Below, piece by piece: positions 48,528-57,988 of a stretch of 64,000 nt of DNA; the first letter of the stretch is position 1; every line of letters begins with the position of its first letter. The position numbers and the translations under genes are program-made. The notes beneath the pieces were generated by a model. That model searched no databases. It worked only from the letters and a program-made list of their open reading frames with translations, and was not told the DNA's origin. Location: the IMG/VR virus record IMGVR_UViG_3300025570_000007; one strand, 5' to 3'. This DNA comes from a virus.

Positions 48528-49644
48528 TTCTTACCACTTTAAATATGTTCTCATTATCTACGACAATGTCACTACCGTCTAACTCTGTTTTAATTAATAT
48601 ACGATAATATCTCTCAGGTTGCAACCCTCCCATATAAATATCGAAGTATGATCCGTTTGAATCACAACTAATTTTTGTAAAGTCTGTATCGAAGTCAACT
48701 ATCATCTCTTCTGTATTCTCATCTCTTATTCCCCAATACGATGCTTCGGGTAGAGCATAATTTGTTAAGTATATTGATGATGTAGTAAATGTTCTTGTAG
48801 GATATTTAGGTTTAGCTGTTAACTTGAACCTCTGTTTTCCTTCGTCTTGATACCTTCCTCTATTGTTTTTTATGCCAATTGTTGAGATGTCTGTAGAAAG
48901 TACAGATAAGCTTCCTGTTATGTACGAAGCATCGTCCCATTTAAATTCTAAGAAAGGAGGGTATATTGTATTAGTATCTCTACTAAAGTACTTTAACCTT
49001 ATTGAAGCGCTTGTATAGGCTTCATATCCATTCTCTAACTTTACAATAAATCCTTTGTTAGATAACGAACCTGAATACATTTGCTTAATTGCTGCAGTAA
49101 CATTTATGTCAACATCGTGAGTAGAGTTAAGTTTATGATTCTGTACGAACTCCATTGATTCTCCGTTTGAAGATGTATACCATGTTGCTCCTCCGACTTT
49201 TCCGTTTATCCAAGAAGATGTAACATCTGCAATAACAGATCCTGATACTTGCCAAGGATTTCCTTCTCCGAATTGAATATACTCCCAACTCACTCCTGTA
49301 ATACTAGGTATAATATCGTCAAATTTACCTACTCCGTTATCCCATTCAACTGCTCCTGCAATGTATATAGGGTAAGCATACAGGTTATATTCTATAGGAA
49401 GCTCACTTGCTTCAGCTAAGTACATATGGTAACTCGAACTAAAGTTTGTACTACCTATGATGTTATTAATTACATCAGCTATATCTTCGTCAGCAAACTT
49501 AGTAAGAATACGGTTTGTTTCTCCAAAATCACTACTCTTTGGGTAACCTCCAATCTCTATAATTTCATCGTTACCTGCATTACCTGTTGATTGTTCAGTA
49601 AAGATAAATGTATCTTTTTCCGGGAATATTCTATATACTGCCAT
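48520..49644 (-). CDS. Virion protein with DNRLRE-like N-terminal domain
   Basis: EKDTFI...N.G.DEIIE; KYFSRDTNTIYPP.LE..WDD; LQPERYY. Confidence 0.6.
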   Translation of the reverse strand: MAVYRIFPEKDTFIFTEQSTGNAGNDEIIEIGGYPKSSDFGETNRILTKFADEDIADVINNIIGSTNFSSSYHMYLAEASELPIEYNLYAYPIYIAGAVEWDNGVGKFDDIIPSITGVSWEYIQFGEGNPWQVSGSVIADVTSSWINGKVGGATWYTSSNGESMEFVQNHKLNSTHDVDINVTAAIKQMYSGSLSNKGFIVKLENGYEAYTSASIRLKYFSRDTNTIYPPFLEFKWDDASYITGSLSVLSTDISTIGIKNNRGRYQDEGKQRFKLTAKPKYPTRTFTTSSIYLTNYALPEASYWGIRDENTEEMIVDFDTDFTKISCDSNGSYFDIYMGGLQPERYYRILIKTELDGSDIVVDNENIFKVVRNG

Positions 49645-49652
49645 TTGTTTTT

Positions 49653-49925
49653 TTATCTACTTAAGTATTTTGAAATTTCAGTTGCCATCTTAGTACAATT
49701 ATCACGACTCATTCTATAAGTCCCTCTACTAAAAGTATCAGATAGTTGTTCTATTAATTCCTCTAACTCCATACCCTTAAACGAAGTATTAGCGAATTCG
49801 TATACGCCTCTTCCACCTAGGTATACATCGTACATTTGACACTTACCATCAGGACATCTTGCATCTTCTTTAGGTTTAATTTCAAATGGAGAGTTACTTT
49901 CTTTTATAATGTTAACTAGTTTCAT
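49653..49925 (-). CDS. Small protein with MKLVNIIKE tag inside the baseplate operon
   Basis: ORF track. Confidence 0.65.
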   Translation of the reverse strand: MKLVNIIKESNSPFEIKPKEDARCPDGKCQMYDVYLGGRGVYEFANTSFKGMELEELIEQLSDTFSRGTYRMSRDNCTKMATEISKYLSR

Positions 49926-49951
49926 ATTTACTTTAGTATTATTTTAATTTA

Positions 49952-51775
49952 TTATAGAGTTGTAGTACGACCTTTTATATCTATATCTGGGTGTTTAACT
50001 TCGAATATCATTATATCATAGGAAGGGTAAACTATATTATTTCTAGTTGCTCCTTCAATATCGTATGCGTATGTTGAGTAATTACCTCCTTGTTTATTTA
50101 CGATTTCTACTTTCTGTACTGTCTGTACTCCTGTAACTCTGTCAAGCAAACTATATATTGCAGATAAATTAACTGGTTGGTTAATGCTCCATTTGTTTAT
50201 TGCAAAATAATCTTTTAACGTATTTGTACAAGCTAATAAAACATCTCTACTGTTGTAGTTAGGTCTTACTAGTATATCAAAATTTACTCCAATATTTACA
50301 ACAAAAGCATCTTTTATGTTTATTGAATCTGTTAAGAGCATATATTGTGATAGGTATGTCTTTAGGTTCTGTTTAAGGTTTCTTGTGGCTACAAGTAAGT
50401 TGCTATTATTATCATAAGCTAATACATATAGTGAAAGTGCAAGCGGGTTACTATCCACTATGTTATCCGTAGTTGAACTGTCGCTATTCAATTCATCTTG
50501 AGTAATGAATACCTTACCTACTGTCCCGTATTTTGGCGGGAGAGACATAGCTCTAACTGTATAATCTTGTAGTGTAACTGCTCTTCCTTGCTCTGAAAAT
50601 GCTCTCATTGCATTCTGCCTCAGCTCTTCTACTGTATCTCCATCTTTTCCTCCTATAGCTGCTTTAGGGTTATTGAAAGCTAATGTACTTTGGTAAGTAG
50701 TATCTACGGCTGTTGAAGTTGCTGTATACTGTGTTAATGTGTTTGCAGGTACGTTTGAAGATATTCCACCTCCTTTTAAGTACCTGATTGTTAAAGTGGT
50801 ATTAGAAGGAGCTAATCCGTATGTCTGTGTATATAGGAAGTTTGAAGGATCGTAAGCAATACTTAAAGTACTTATACCTTGATTTGTTCCCATTCCAACA
50901 TTTGTAGGATCAGGTGTAAATGTTGAATCGTCTGTTCCCGTTACTCCTGCTCCAAATTGAACTTCTAATTGCCCTTCCGAATTGAATCTTGTAACAAATC
51001 TTCTTGGAACTTTCTGTAAATTCATAAGATGAGGTACACTATTTGCATCGTATTCTGAATTAGATTCGTTTACATATATTGTCTCTTGTCCTAGAAAAGG
51101 AACTTCGTACCATATGTTATCGTTTTCATCTACTATATCTAAAATCCCAATAATATCGGTATCGTCAATAACTACCGTTGTATACTTTTCTGCATTAGTG
51201 AATATCGATGTAGTTGTTTTAACTTCTCCTGAGAATGCTTTTGTATATTTCTTAAGTAGGAATTCTACTGGTAATCCTGTACCTGAATCTATTGAATAGA
51301 TTGTTATGTCTGTAGGATCGTATGAACTAGAGTAATTAAAGTCTACTTTCTTATCTATTAGGAAAGGTATATTTCCTGCTGAATCTGAATTTATTACTGT
51401 ATTCTCCGATACTGTCAAGGCTTGGTCAAAGTTTGGTTCACTATCTGATGCATTAGCACTCACTCGTTGAGTTACTTCTACATCTACTTCTGATACTGTC
51501 GTAACTCTTGGACGGTATCCCATCATATAAGCTAAGTTATATAAATTTCCTGGCTCTTTTGCGTACTGTACAAATGTCTCTTGTAACTGTATATCTTGGT
51601 AAAAGGATAATATGTCCCCTACATATGCTGCCATTTCTATGAACATAGTCCCAGGAGCGGTAGGAGAGAAGTCGTTATAAGTATCGGGGAAATAGTTCTT
51701 AGCGTACTCTGTCAGTTGATTTTTAAAATCACCGAACTCCCTGTTTACGTATTTTATATTTCTATCTTGAGCCAT
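49952..51775 (-). CDS. gp6: Baseplate wedge protein, gp6/J-like
   Basis: YFPDTYNDFS, FIEMAAYVGDILSFY, GGKDGDT.EE, RAVT..DY motifs. Confidence 0.9.
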   Translation of the reverse strand: MAQDRNIKYVNREFGDFKNQLTEYAKNYFPDTYNDFSPTAPGTMFIEMAAYVGDILSFYQDIQLQETFVQYAKEPGNLYNLAYMMGYRPRVTTVSEVDVEVTQRVSANASDSEPNFDQALTVSENTVINSDSAGNIPFLIDKKVDFNYSSSYDPTDITIYSIDSGTGLPVEFLLKKYTKAFSGEVKTTTSIFTNAEKYTTVVIDDTDIIGILDIVDENDNIWYEVPFLGQETIYVNESNSEYDANSVPHLMNLQKVPRRFVTRFNSEGQLEVQFGAGVTGTDDSTFTPDPTNVGMGTNQGISTLSIAYDPSNFLYTQTYGLAPSNTTLTIRYLKGGGISSNVPANTLTQYTATSTAVDTTYQSTLAFNNPKAAIGGKDGDTVEELRQNAMRAFSEQGRAVTLQDYTVRAMSLPPKYGTVGKVFITQDELNSDSSTTDNIVDSNPLALSLYVLAYDNNSNLLVATRNLKQNLKTYLSQYMLLTDSINIKDAFVVNIGVNFDILVRPNYNSRDVLLACTNTLKDYFAINKWSINQPVNLSAIYSLLDRVTGVQTVQKVEIVNKQGGNYSTYAYDIEGATRNNIVYPSYDIMIFEVKHPDIDIKGRTTTL

Positions 51776-52185
51776 TATTGTTCAAAGTTTATTACTAATT
51801 CATCCTCTATGTTTGTGTCTGAGATAGAGTATCTCATTAATAAAACTACTGTATTATTATCAGGTGTTGCTTGAACTTCTAATACACTTGGTACAACTCT
51901 AGGAAAATATAAATCCAATCCTTGTTTTACTACATTTTTAATATCGTCAATCTTATCTTCTGTAATATTCTCAAAGAGAAGATTCCTTAACGGGGTTCCA
52001 AAAGTTGGATTTAAGTATCTTTCACCTAATCCTGTTAAAAAGTAATTAACCAAGTTGTACTTAACTGCATCTTTAGATTCATAGGTAGAATTAAATACCG
52101 CAGCTCCTGAAAAGGGGAGCGATACTCCTATTGCTTTTCTAGGCTGTAGATCTAGAGGATTAATTTTCTTAACTTCGTAGGCCAT
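51775..52185 (-). CDS. gp25: Baseplate wedge/sheath initiator, gp25-like
   Basis: LT..GERYLNPTFGT.L..LLFE. Confidence 0.9.
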   Translation of the reverse strand: MAYEVKKINPLDLQPRKAIGVSLPFSGAAVFNSTYESKDAVKYNLVNYFLTGLGERYLNPTFGTPLRNLLFENITEDKIDDIKNVVKQGLDLYFPRVVPSVLEVQATPDNNTVVLLMRYSISDTNIEDELVINFEQ

Positions 52186-52188
52186 GTC

Positions 52189-52659
52189 TTATATTTTACC
52201 TTTTTCTTTATCTTTTTCTAAAATAGCACTGTTAATTGATTTAGCTTTTTTCATAAAATCAAATTGATTTAAGTCTAATCCTGGCTGTGGACCTTGTGCT
52301 GTCATTACTTGTGGGGATAATCCCATTTCGTTTACCATTTGAGAGGCCATATTAGGTCTCTGGTAAGTTTGTGCTATTGAGCTATCTCCTGAAGCTACTT
52401 GCTTAAAATCCCCTTGGCTCATTGAAGCTTTAGTTTCTGCTAATAGCTGTGTTAGTGTATCACCCTGTACTGTATTACCTGTTCCCGGTACTGTCGGTGT
52501 TTTGGCGTAATAGCTTACGTCCTTACCTGGCGATACTCTTTCATTTACTACTGGAGTGCTTGCTACATTAATTGCTTCTGTAAGCATATCTTGTAACTCC
52601 TCCTTAATAGCTGCTTTTACTTCTTCTCGAATGACTTTTCTTAATACGTCTAGTTTCAT
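52189..52659 (-). CDS. Hypothetical protein with MKLDVLRKVIREE tag
   Basis: Late promoter; upstream of gp25. Confidence 0.65.
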   Translation of the reverse strand: MKLDVLRKVIREEVKAAIKEELQDMLTEAINVASTPVVNERVSPGKDVSYYAKTPTVPGTGNTVQGDTLTQLLAETKASMSQGDFKQVASGDSSIAQTYQRPNMASQMVNEMGLSPQVMTAQGPQPGLDLNQFDFMKKAKSINSAILEKDKEKGKI

Positions 52660-52666
52660 CTTAATT

Positions 52667-52673
52667 ATAAATA
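52667..52673 (-). promoter_or_regulatory. Putative late promoter TATTTAT
   Basis: 8 nt upstream of ATG 52659. Confidence 0.55.
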
Positions 52674-52679
52674 GTTGTG

Positions 52680-53480
52680 TTATGGAAGTTGGTTGTCTAT
52701 TCTGAATTTTAATTCATCTAATAGAATTTTGGTGCTTGAACTAAATGAGGACTGTCCTTGTAATACTATAATCCCTATGTTATCTTTAGCTACTGCTATT
52801 CTTCTAGGTACTGTAGATTTTATAGACTTATCCTCTATTATCTCTAAAGTATAGTCTCTTCCACTTTTAGACCTATACTTATAACTCTCATCTGGTGTTC
52901 CTTCGGAACCTGTATTTTCTCTTGGCTGTGCTTGATTTAATAAAGCTAACAGCTCATCCGGGTTATCTAACTCTTCGATGCACCCTATTAGTTTAACATC
53001 AACTGACTGTAAAACTGTTCTTATGTTTAACAGGCTGGGCTCTATTCCCGATACTAGTCCGTTCACAGATTTTACGTCATCCTCCAAGGCTTCCAGTAGT
53101 TTTTCAACTTTCCTTAACCTTCCTGCTAGTGTTGTCGTCTTACCTAAACTAACTCCCCTACCCCCGGGATGAAAGATTATTGCGGTTGGGATTGGATTTT
53201 TAAGTAGTAATTTTCTTAATATTTTAGCTGCCCTTATCGGTACTAGTAGCTGGTTTGTCAGTTTTTTAAACCTACCTGTTGTTTTTTCAAACTGGTTGAT
53301 AGCATCAAGTAGATTGTTTCTAAGATCAATTATACCCTTCAACTCTTTTTGAACAGGGCATGAATTTGCGAACTTATTTAACATACTCAGAGCCTCGGAC
53401 TGTATACGAGCTTCTAATTCTCCCTGTATCCTACCTACTTGGGTTGCTACTATTTTCGACAAACTAGACTGTATTGACAT
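52680..53480 (-). CDS. Hypothetical baseplate-region protein
   Basis: Helical; C-terminal SFSSST.IL.DELKF.ID. Confidence 0.6.
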   Translation of the reverse strand: MSIQSSLSKIVATQVGRIQGELEARIQSEALSMLNKFANSCPVQKELKGIIDLRNNLLDAINQFEKTTGRFKKLTNQLLVPIRAAKILRKLLLKNPIPTAIIFHPGGRGVSLGKTTTLAGRLRKVEKLLEALEDDVKSVNGLVSGIEPSLLNIRTVLQSVDVKLIGCIEELDNPDELLALLNQAQPRENTGSEGTPDESYKYRSKSGRDYTLEIIEDKSIKSTVPRRIAVAKDNIGIIVLQGQSSFSSSTKILLDELKFRIDNQLP

Positions 53481-54655
53481 TATGATGTAAACACTTTTTT
53501 AGATTTTAACTTCGATGCACCGTTTATATTTATCTGATTTCTCAGTACCTTAATTACAGGTTGCATCTGTATTCCTCTCTTATTTATCTTCGGTATAGGT
53601 TTTCCGTCTGCTGTAATTGCTGTAGCCATGTCTTTTGCCATTCCCTCTAACATGTTCAATAGCTGTTGTAAAAATATTTCAGTTTGATTACCCAGTAGTA
53701 CTGCTTCAATACTTGTTTTAGGTGCCGTTAAAGCTTCTTTTCCTAAGTATATTGCAGGAGCATCTAGAGCAAGATATTCTTTTGCATCTAAGTTAATACT
53801 ACCTTCTGTGTTCAGTCCTATTGACTCTGTACTTAGTAGTAGTATATCGTCTGCTTTAGCATTAAATACTAACCTCCCTCCACTTATAATAACTTGATTA
53901 CCTTTGTACTGATCTGCTTTTACAGGTTCTCTTTTATAAGCATCTCTCTTTTCACTTGCTTGAACTAGAGGTATCTGATGGTTAGAAACCATGTAGATAG
54001 AGCTAGCATCTTCGTTTATATCTTCTGTAATTGTTGTAAACCCGTCTTCGGTAGTAACTTGCCCATTACTAAATATCATCATAGGTGCTCCTAAATTACT
54101 ATCATCAATCCAGGGATTAGCTTTTCCTTTTGCTCCTGTAAACCTTACTGATTGCCCTTGTCTCCCTTCTATTTGAATATCTCCCATCGCTGACTGTATA
54201 GGATTTATAGTAGACTCCTGTATGAACTCCCCTCCTTTACTTATGTCTAACGTTGGATTAGAGTACACATCTAAGTACGTATTTGAATTTGGATGATTCC
54301 AAATATTCACTACAGCTGTATAATAGTTTACTAATTTACCCGATAGGCTTGACGTTCTACTTGTTGGCCTTGATTCCAACTTTACCAACTCTCCTATTAC
54401 AGGAACCACTTTTATTGTACCGTTCCCCTGGTATGCAAACCTTAACTGGTCTGCAGTATCTTCTGAGGAATCAGTGCTTTCGTACCTAAAGAATACTCCG
54501 TTGATAGATTTTGCTCCTCCTTTATTGCGGTACTGAGGGTGGCTTGCATCTAGTATAATATCCAACACCCTGCCAAACTTAGATGCAGGGGATGAGGATT
54601 TTCCTGTTGGAATTCCTGGTGAGAAGCTTTCTTTATTGAAGTTGTTAGTGTACAT
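53480..54655 (-). CDS. Baseplate hub/spike protein, gp5-like (no lysozyme domain evident)
   Basis: P.IGE.V OB-fold motif, GDIQIEGR.GQSVRF, NQVII.GGRLVFNAK, AVLLGN. Confidence 0.6.
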   Translation of the reverse strand: MYTNNFNKESFSPGIPTGKSSSPASKFGRVLDIILDASHPQYRNKGGAKSINGVFFRYESTDSSEDTADQLRFAYQGNGTIKVVPVIGELVKLESRPTSRTSSLSGKLVNYYTAVVNIWNHPNSNTYLDVYSNPTLDISKGGEFIQESTINPIQSAMGDIQIEGRQGQSVRFTGAKGKANPWIDDSNLGAPMMIFSNGQVTTEDGFTTITEDINEDASSIYMVSNHQIPLVQASEKRDAYKREPVKADQYKGNQVIISGGRLVFNAKADDILLLSTESIGLNTEGSINLDAKEYLALDAPAIYLGKEALTAPKTSIEAVLLGNQTEIFLQQLLNMLEGMAKDMATAITADGKPIPKINKRGIQMQPVIKVLRNQININGASKLKSKKVFTS

Positions 54656-55023
54656 TAACTCTCTTTACTTGGATCTTCTTTTGACTTATCTAACTTCTCT
54701 TGTTCCTGTTCTTGCTCTAATAAAAGGTCTTGGAGGTCTGAGAAGTCAAATTCATCCGATGTAGTTCCTTTAGCTGATGCTGATTCTAGTCTTTGGATTA
54801 TTGTTGCTAGTTTTATTAACTGCTCATCATTCTTTACCCCTATCTCCATATACTCTTTAATCATCGGTACAAGTAGGGTTGCATCCCCTATACTTTCCAC
54901 AAGGGGTTTAAGTTCACCTATAAGGCTCTTCACTTGCCCTTTCGTCTCTTTAGAGTTGTTGTAAATCTCTTCAAAAAGGTCTGAGAGTTTCTTGTCTCCG
55001 AATATCTTTTTATCTGTATCCAT
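54655..55023 (-). CDS. Helical protein, possible terminase small subunit
   Basis: Size, helical pattern and acidic tail; late promoter; function inferred only. Confidence 0.4.
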   Translation of the reverse strand: MDTDKKIFGDKKLSDLFEEIYNNSKETKGQVKSLIGELKPLVESIGDATLLVPMIKEYMEIGVKNDEQLIKLATIIQRLESASAKGTTSDEFDFSDLQDLLLEQEQEQEKLDKSKEDPSKES

Positions 55024-55039
55024 CCTGTTCTTCTTTACT

Positions 55040-55046
55040 ATAAATA
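55040..55046 (-). promoter_or_regulatory. Putative late promoter TATTTAT
   Basis: 17 nt upstream of ATG 55023. Confidence 0.6.
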
Positions 55047-55048
55047 GA

Positions 55049-55756
55049 TTATAGTTCTTTTAATGTAATTTTACCTTGATCGTGGTAGGTATAGTACATT
55101 TTGTAGAAGTCTTTTTTCAAAGCAGATATAACCTTAGTTAGGTGGGGAGTCTCACAATCGGTCATTTCCCGTATATAGATGTAAAGTGCTTTCTTTTTAA
55201 AAATATCTAAATCATACCTTGTCTTAAACAGAGTTAAGACAGCATCTGCAATCTTCTTCTCACTATCTTTTATAAACATTTCGTCTAAATTCTCATAGGT
55301 TACCTCAACCCATAAGTCTATAAACTGCCCTAATGTAATACTGCCTGGAAGTACTACTTCTTTTCCGTATTCATAAGATTCTTCTATATCGTCAAAAGAC
55401 CCTATCTGTTTTAACTTCTTATAGTTTTTATTGTTATAGTTTATTAGCCAACGCTTCACAATAGTTCCGAAATATGAGTATGCTTTTGCGCCTACTGTAG
55501 GGTCAAACTTCATAATCTTTTCTTCAAGTAACATAGAAACTACCTCATGTTTAAGGTCTTCTATCTGTTCAACGTCTGTATAGTAGAACTTAAAGGTATG
55601 TATTATATTTTCTGCTAATTTATAGAAGGGAGTATATATATGCTCTGTAAATATCTTTGCCCTGATATCGGGATCTCCTAATGAATTGTTGTAGAGTACA
55701 ATGTTCTCTTCTGTTTCTTTTGTAAAGTAGTTATTCGATGATTTCTTCCTTGCCAT
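55049..55756 (-). CDS. gp55: Late-transcription sigma factor, T4 gp55-like
   Basis: NNYF, KLAENI, EDL, KFDP..G.KAYSYFGTI (sigma region 2); likely start MARKK. Confidence 0.75.
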   Translation of the reverse strand: MARKKSSNNYFTKETEENIVLYNNSLGDPDIRAKIFTEHIYTPFYKLAENIIHTFKFYYTDVEQIEDLKHEVVSMLLEEKIMKFDPTVGAKAYSYFGTIVKRWLINYNNKNYKKLKQIGSFDDIEESYEYGKEVVLPGSITLGQFIDLWVEVTYENLDEMFIKDSEKKIADAVLTLFKTRYDLDIFKKKALYIYIREMTDCETPHLTKVISALKKDFYKMYYTYHDQGKITLKEL

Positions 55757-56036
55757 AGTTTTCGGGTAGCATGTAGCGGTCAAGCTCTTGCTGTACGGTT
55801 TTTAGTTGTTCAAAAAAATAACCGACCTCATCATCTGACTTGAATGCTCCTTTTTCGTCAATTTCATTTAGGTGCTTTTGTGAATCTCTTATTACTTCTG
55901 ATATATTCTGCAGATACGTTGCTTGATTCATTGCAATATCTTCATACTTTTCGACCTTTATCATCAGGTTCCTAATCGCTATTCCTGCAATTACTATAAG
56001 CACTATAAGTAGTGCTATGCTTATTACTGATATCAT
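55731..56036 (-). CDS. Membrane-anchored hypothetical protein
   Basis: N-terminal TM helix; F.SDDEVGYFF motif. Confidence 0.65.
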   Translation of the reverse strand: MISVISIALLIVLIVIAGIAIRNLMIKVEKYEDIAMNQATYLQNISEVIRDSQKHLNEIDEKGAFKSDDEVGYFFEQLKTVQQELDRYMLPENYGKEEIIE

Positions 56037-56043
56037 TTTTAAT

Positions 56044-56730
56044 TTATTTTTTGTTGTTATACCTAGGCTTAATTAAACCTTTCACTGATTCTACTAACCT
56101 GTCTTCGTACATATCGCATTCTATTTTAGAAGCTAAGTAATCTGATGATTGTAGAATATATACTAGGTTAGTTTTAAATTTAGATTTTGGATTAAAGTTT
56201 ATGAAGTAAGCTTTATTAGCTTCATCAAAAACTCCGTCATGACATCTTATAGCTAAGTACTCTTTCTGATTTAAAGGGATTCCAAACTTCTGAAGTATAT
56301 AGAGTGACCTATCCTGTATCAGCATAAAGTCTAAATCTTGATTATTAGTGTAGAGTTCCCCCATCTTTTCTTTCCTCCAATCATCTGAGGAGGCTATATA
56401 ATTCTCCCTTTCTCCGTCCCCTATTTTACCTAGGTCGTGAAATAATGCTGAGAATACTAATTCTTCATCAGTAAAATCTACCTTACCTCCCATGCTTAAG
56501 TAAAACTCTTTCATCTTTAGAGACATCTGCACTACCCTATTCACATGTTCTACGTACCCTCCTGGAAAAGCACTGTGGTAATGTACCTTGATAGAGGCAG
56601 GAGCTATAGCGTAATAGTCTTCCATAGATTTAACCATATCTAGTACTTGATCCTTACGGTCTGTTATAAAATGGTTTATTAATTTTAAATGAACATCCCA
56701 ATTACTTTGTATCTTCTCTGCTGAAATCAT
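56044..56730 (-). CDS. HD-domain phosphohydrolase (YhaM/Cbf1-like)
   Basis: APAS...HSAFPGGYVEHV, FHDLGK, HDG, D motifs. Confidence 0.85.
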   Translation of the reverse strand: MISAEKIQSNWDVHLKLINHFITDRKDQVLDMVKSMEDYYAIAPASIKVHYHSAFPGGYVEHVNRVVQMSLKMKEFYLSMGGKVDFTDEELVFSALFHDLGKIGDGERENYIASSDDWRKEKMGELYTNNQDLDFMLIQDRSLYILQKFGIPLNQKEYLAIRCHDGVFDEANKAYFINFNPKSKFKTNLVYILQSSDYLASKIECDMYEDRLVESVKGLIKPRYNNKK

Positions 56731-56731
56731 A

Positions 56732-56905
56732 TTAATTCTGTATTTCAGTATTAAGTAATACCTGCATATCCCTCAATATTTCCCCTACCTCTTTAAGCGT
56801 ACTTATAGCCTCTACTCGTTCATTCCTATTAATATGAAAACTTATAGATTTAGATAGGTTTTGAATTTGCTCTATTTTTAATTGAATATAGTTCTTGTTT
56901 CTCAT
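56732..56905 (-). CDS. Small hypothetical protein (57 aa)
   Basis: Manual translation MRNKNYIQLKIEQIQNLSKSISFHINRNERVEAISTLKEVGEILRDMQVLLNTEIQN. Confidence 0.65.
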   Translation of the reverse strand: MRNKNYIQLKIEQIQNLSKSISFHINRNERVEAISTLKEVGEILRDMQVLLNTEIQN

Positions 56906-57133
56906 GATTTATTTAGGATTATTTTTAATTATGTTAATAAGATACAGTCCTTGCAGTATTATCCACTGCAATATCTATGCTATTACCTTAAGTATCTTAT
57001 ACTAAAGTAATAACTGTTCGTTAGGTATTTGATTTAGACTATATCTTAATTACTAACTATTTTATAAGTTATTTTATTTATATATTAAACTAATAATAAT
57101 TAAATACTATTTCTTATCTACTCTGTTATATCT

Positions 57134-57164
57134 TTAAGTTATGAATTTATTTTTTAAGAAACAA
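57134..57164 (-). promoter_or_regulatory. Bacteroidota-type sigma promoter for the HD-sigma factor operon
   Basis: TTG-N20-TAACTTAA. Confidence 0.6.
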
Positions 57165-57181
57165 CTGGGAAGGTGCTTTTA

Positions 57182-57400
57182 TTATAGATGGCATACTAGT
57201 TTGAAGTTATCACTTACCCACTGTAAGCATTTACCCTTATTTTTTTCTAAGAATGTAAGTGTTTTTGCTGGATGGTTGAAGGGGTAAGCGTATATGCCTG
57301 CATTAGCATTATTATTAAGTCGGTAGATATCTTTAATAAGGTGTTCTATGATATATAGTTTATCATTTTCTTTACTTCTATATAGGTTACCTACTTTCAT
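57182..57400 (-). CDS. Hypothetical protein
   Basis: ORF track; coupled to neighbour. Confidence 0.6.
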   Translation of the reverse strand: MKVGNLYRSKENDKLYIIEHLIKDIYRLNNNANAGIYAYPFNHPAKTLTFLEKNKGKCLQWVSDNFKLVCHL

Positions 57401-57613
57401 CTAAACTTCTTTTTTACTACAAGATACCTGTAAGTCTGTAAAAACATGTTCGTATTCTTCAAAACGATGTTCGCGAATAGGTCTTAAATAAGGTTCTGTA
57501 TTAAAGTACAGTACTAAACAAGGTGAAATATTTTTATACACTTCAACATATTCATATTTAATTAATTCGCCATTATTTATTCTTGATTTGATTTTATTAT
57601 GATATGGATACAT
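57401..57613 (-). CDS. Hypothetical protein
   Basis: ORF track; coupled to neighbour. Confidence 0.6.
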   Translation of the reverse strand: MYPYHNKIKSRINNGELIKYEYVEVYKNISPCLVLYFNTEPYLRPIREHRFEEYEHVFTDLQVSCSKKEV

Positions 57614-57792
57614 TAAAACTTTCTTTTTAATATAGGGTACTTATAGTAATTAACTTCCTCCCATCCTTCTCTCTCAGAATCTGTAGACTTAACTAAGGTG
57701 AAGAATCTAACATCTTCTAAGTCATTCAGAGCTGGTATCTTAACTAATCCATTAGCTTCAGCTTCTTGTTCTGTAATTCTCTGAATAGCCAT
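57613..57792 (-). CDS. Hypothetical protein (59 aa)
   Basis: Manual translation MAIQRITEQEAEANGLVKIP...YPILKRKF. Confidence 0.55.
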   Translation of the reverse strand: MAIQRITEQEAEANGLVKIPALNDLEDVRFFTLVKSTDSEREGWEEVNYYKYPILKRKF

Positions 57793-57793
57793 A

Positions 57794-57988
57794 TTATTCG
57801 TCTGCTAAGTTACCTGCTTGTATAAGTAAAAAAAACTCTAAAACTAGGAACGTAATTCTTCCCACTGTATTGTGAAACAGCCACCATTCTAACGGATAGT
57901 AATTCAATGCTAAAAACGCACCTATAGTATACGAAATTAAGTTAAGGCTAACAAATACTGCTCCTAACTTTAAGATAAATTTAAACAT
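57794..57988 (-). CDS. Small membrane protein
   Basis: Two hydrophobic segments. Confidence 0.6.
   Translation of the reverse strand: MFKFILKLGAVFVSLNLISYTIGAFLALNYYPLEWWLFHNTVGRITFLVLEFFLLIQAGNLADE

Noticed and set aside
170-54489. Numerous + strand ORFs of 60-150 aa in the ORF track
   Set aside because: They lie antisense to long, motif-bearing - strand genes, have shadow-like composition and have no promoters; treated as non-coding shadows.
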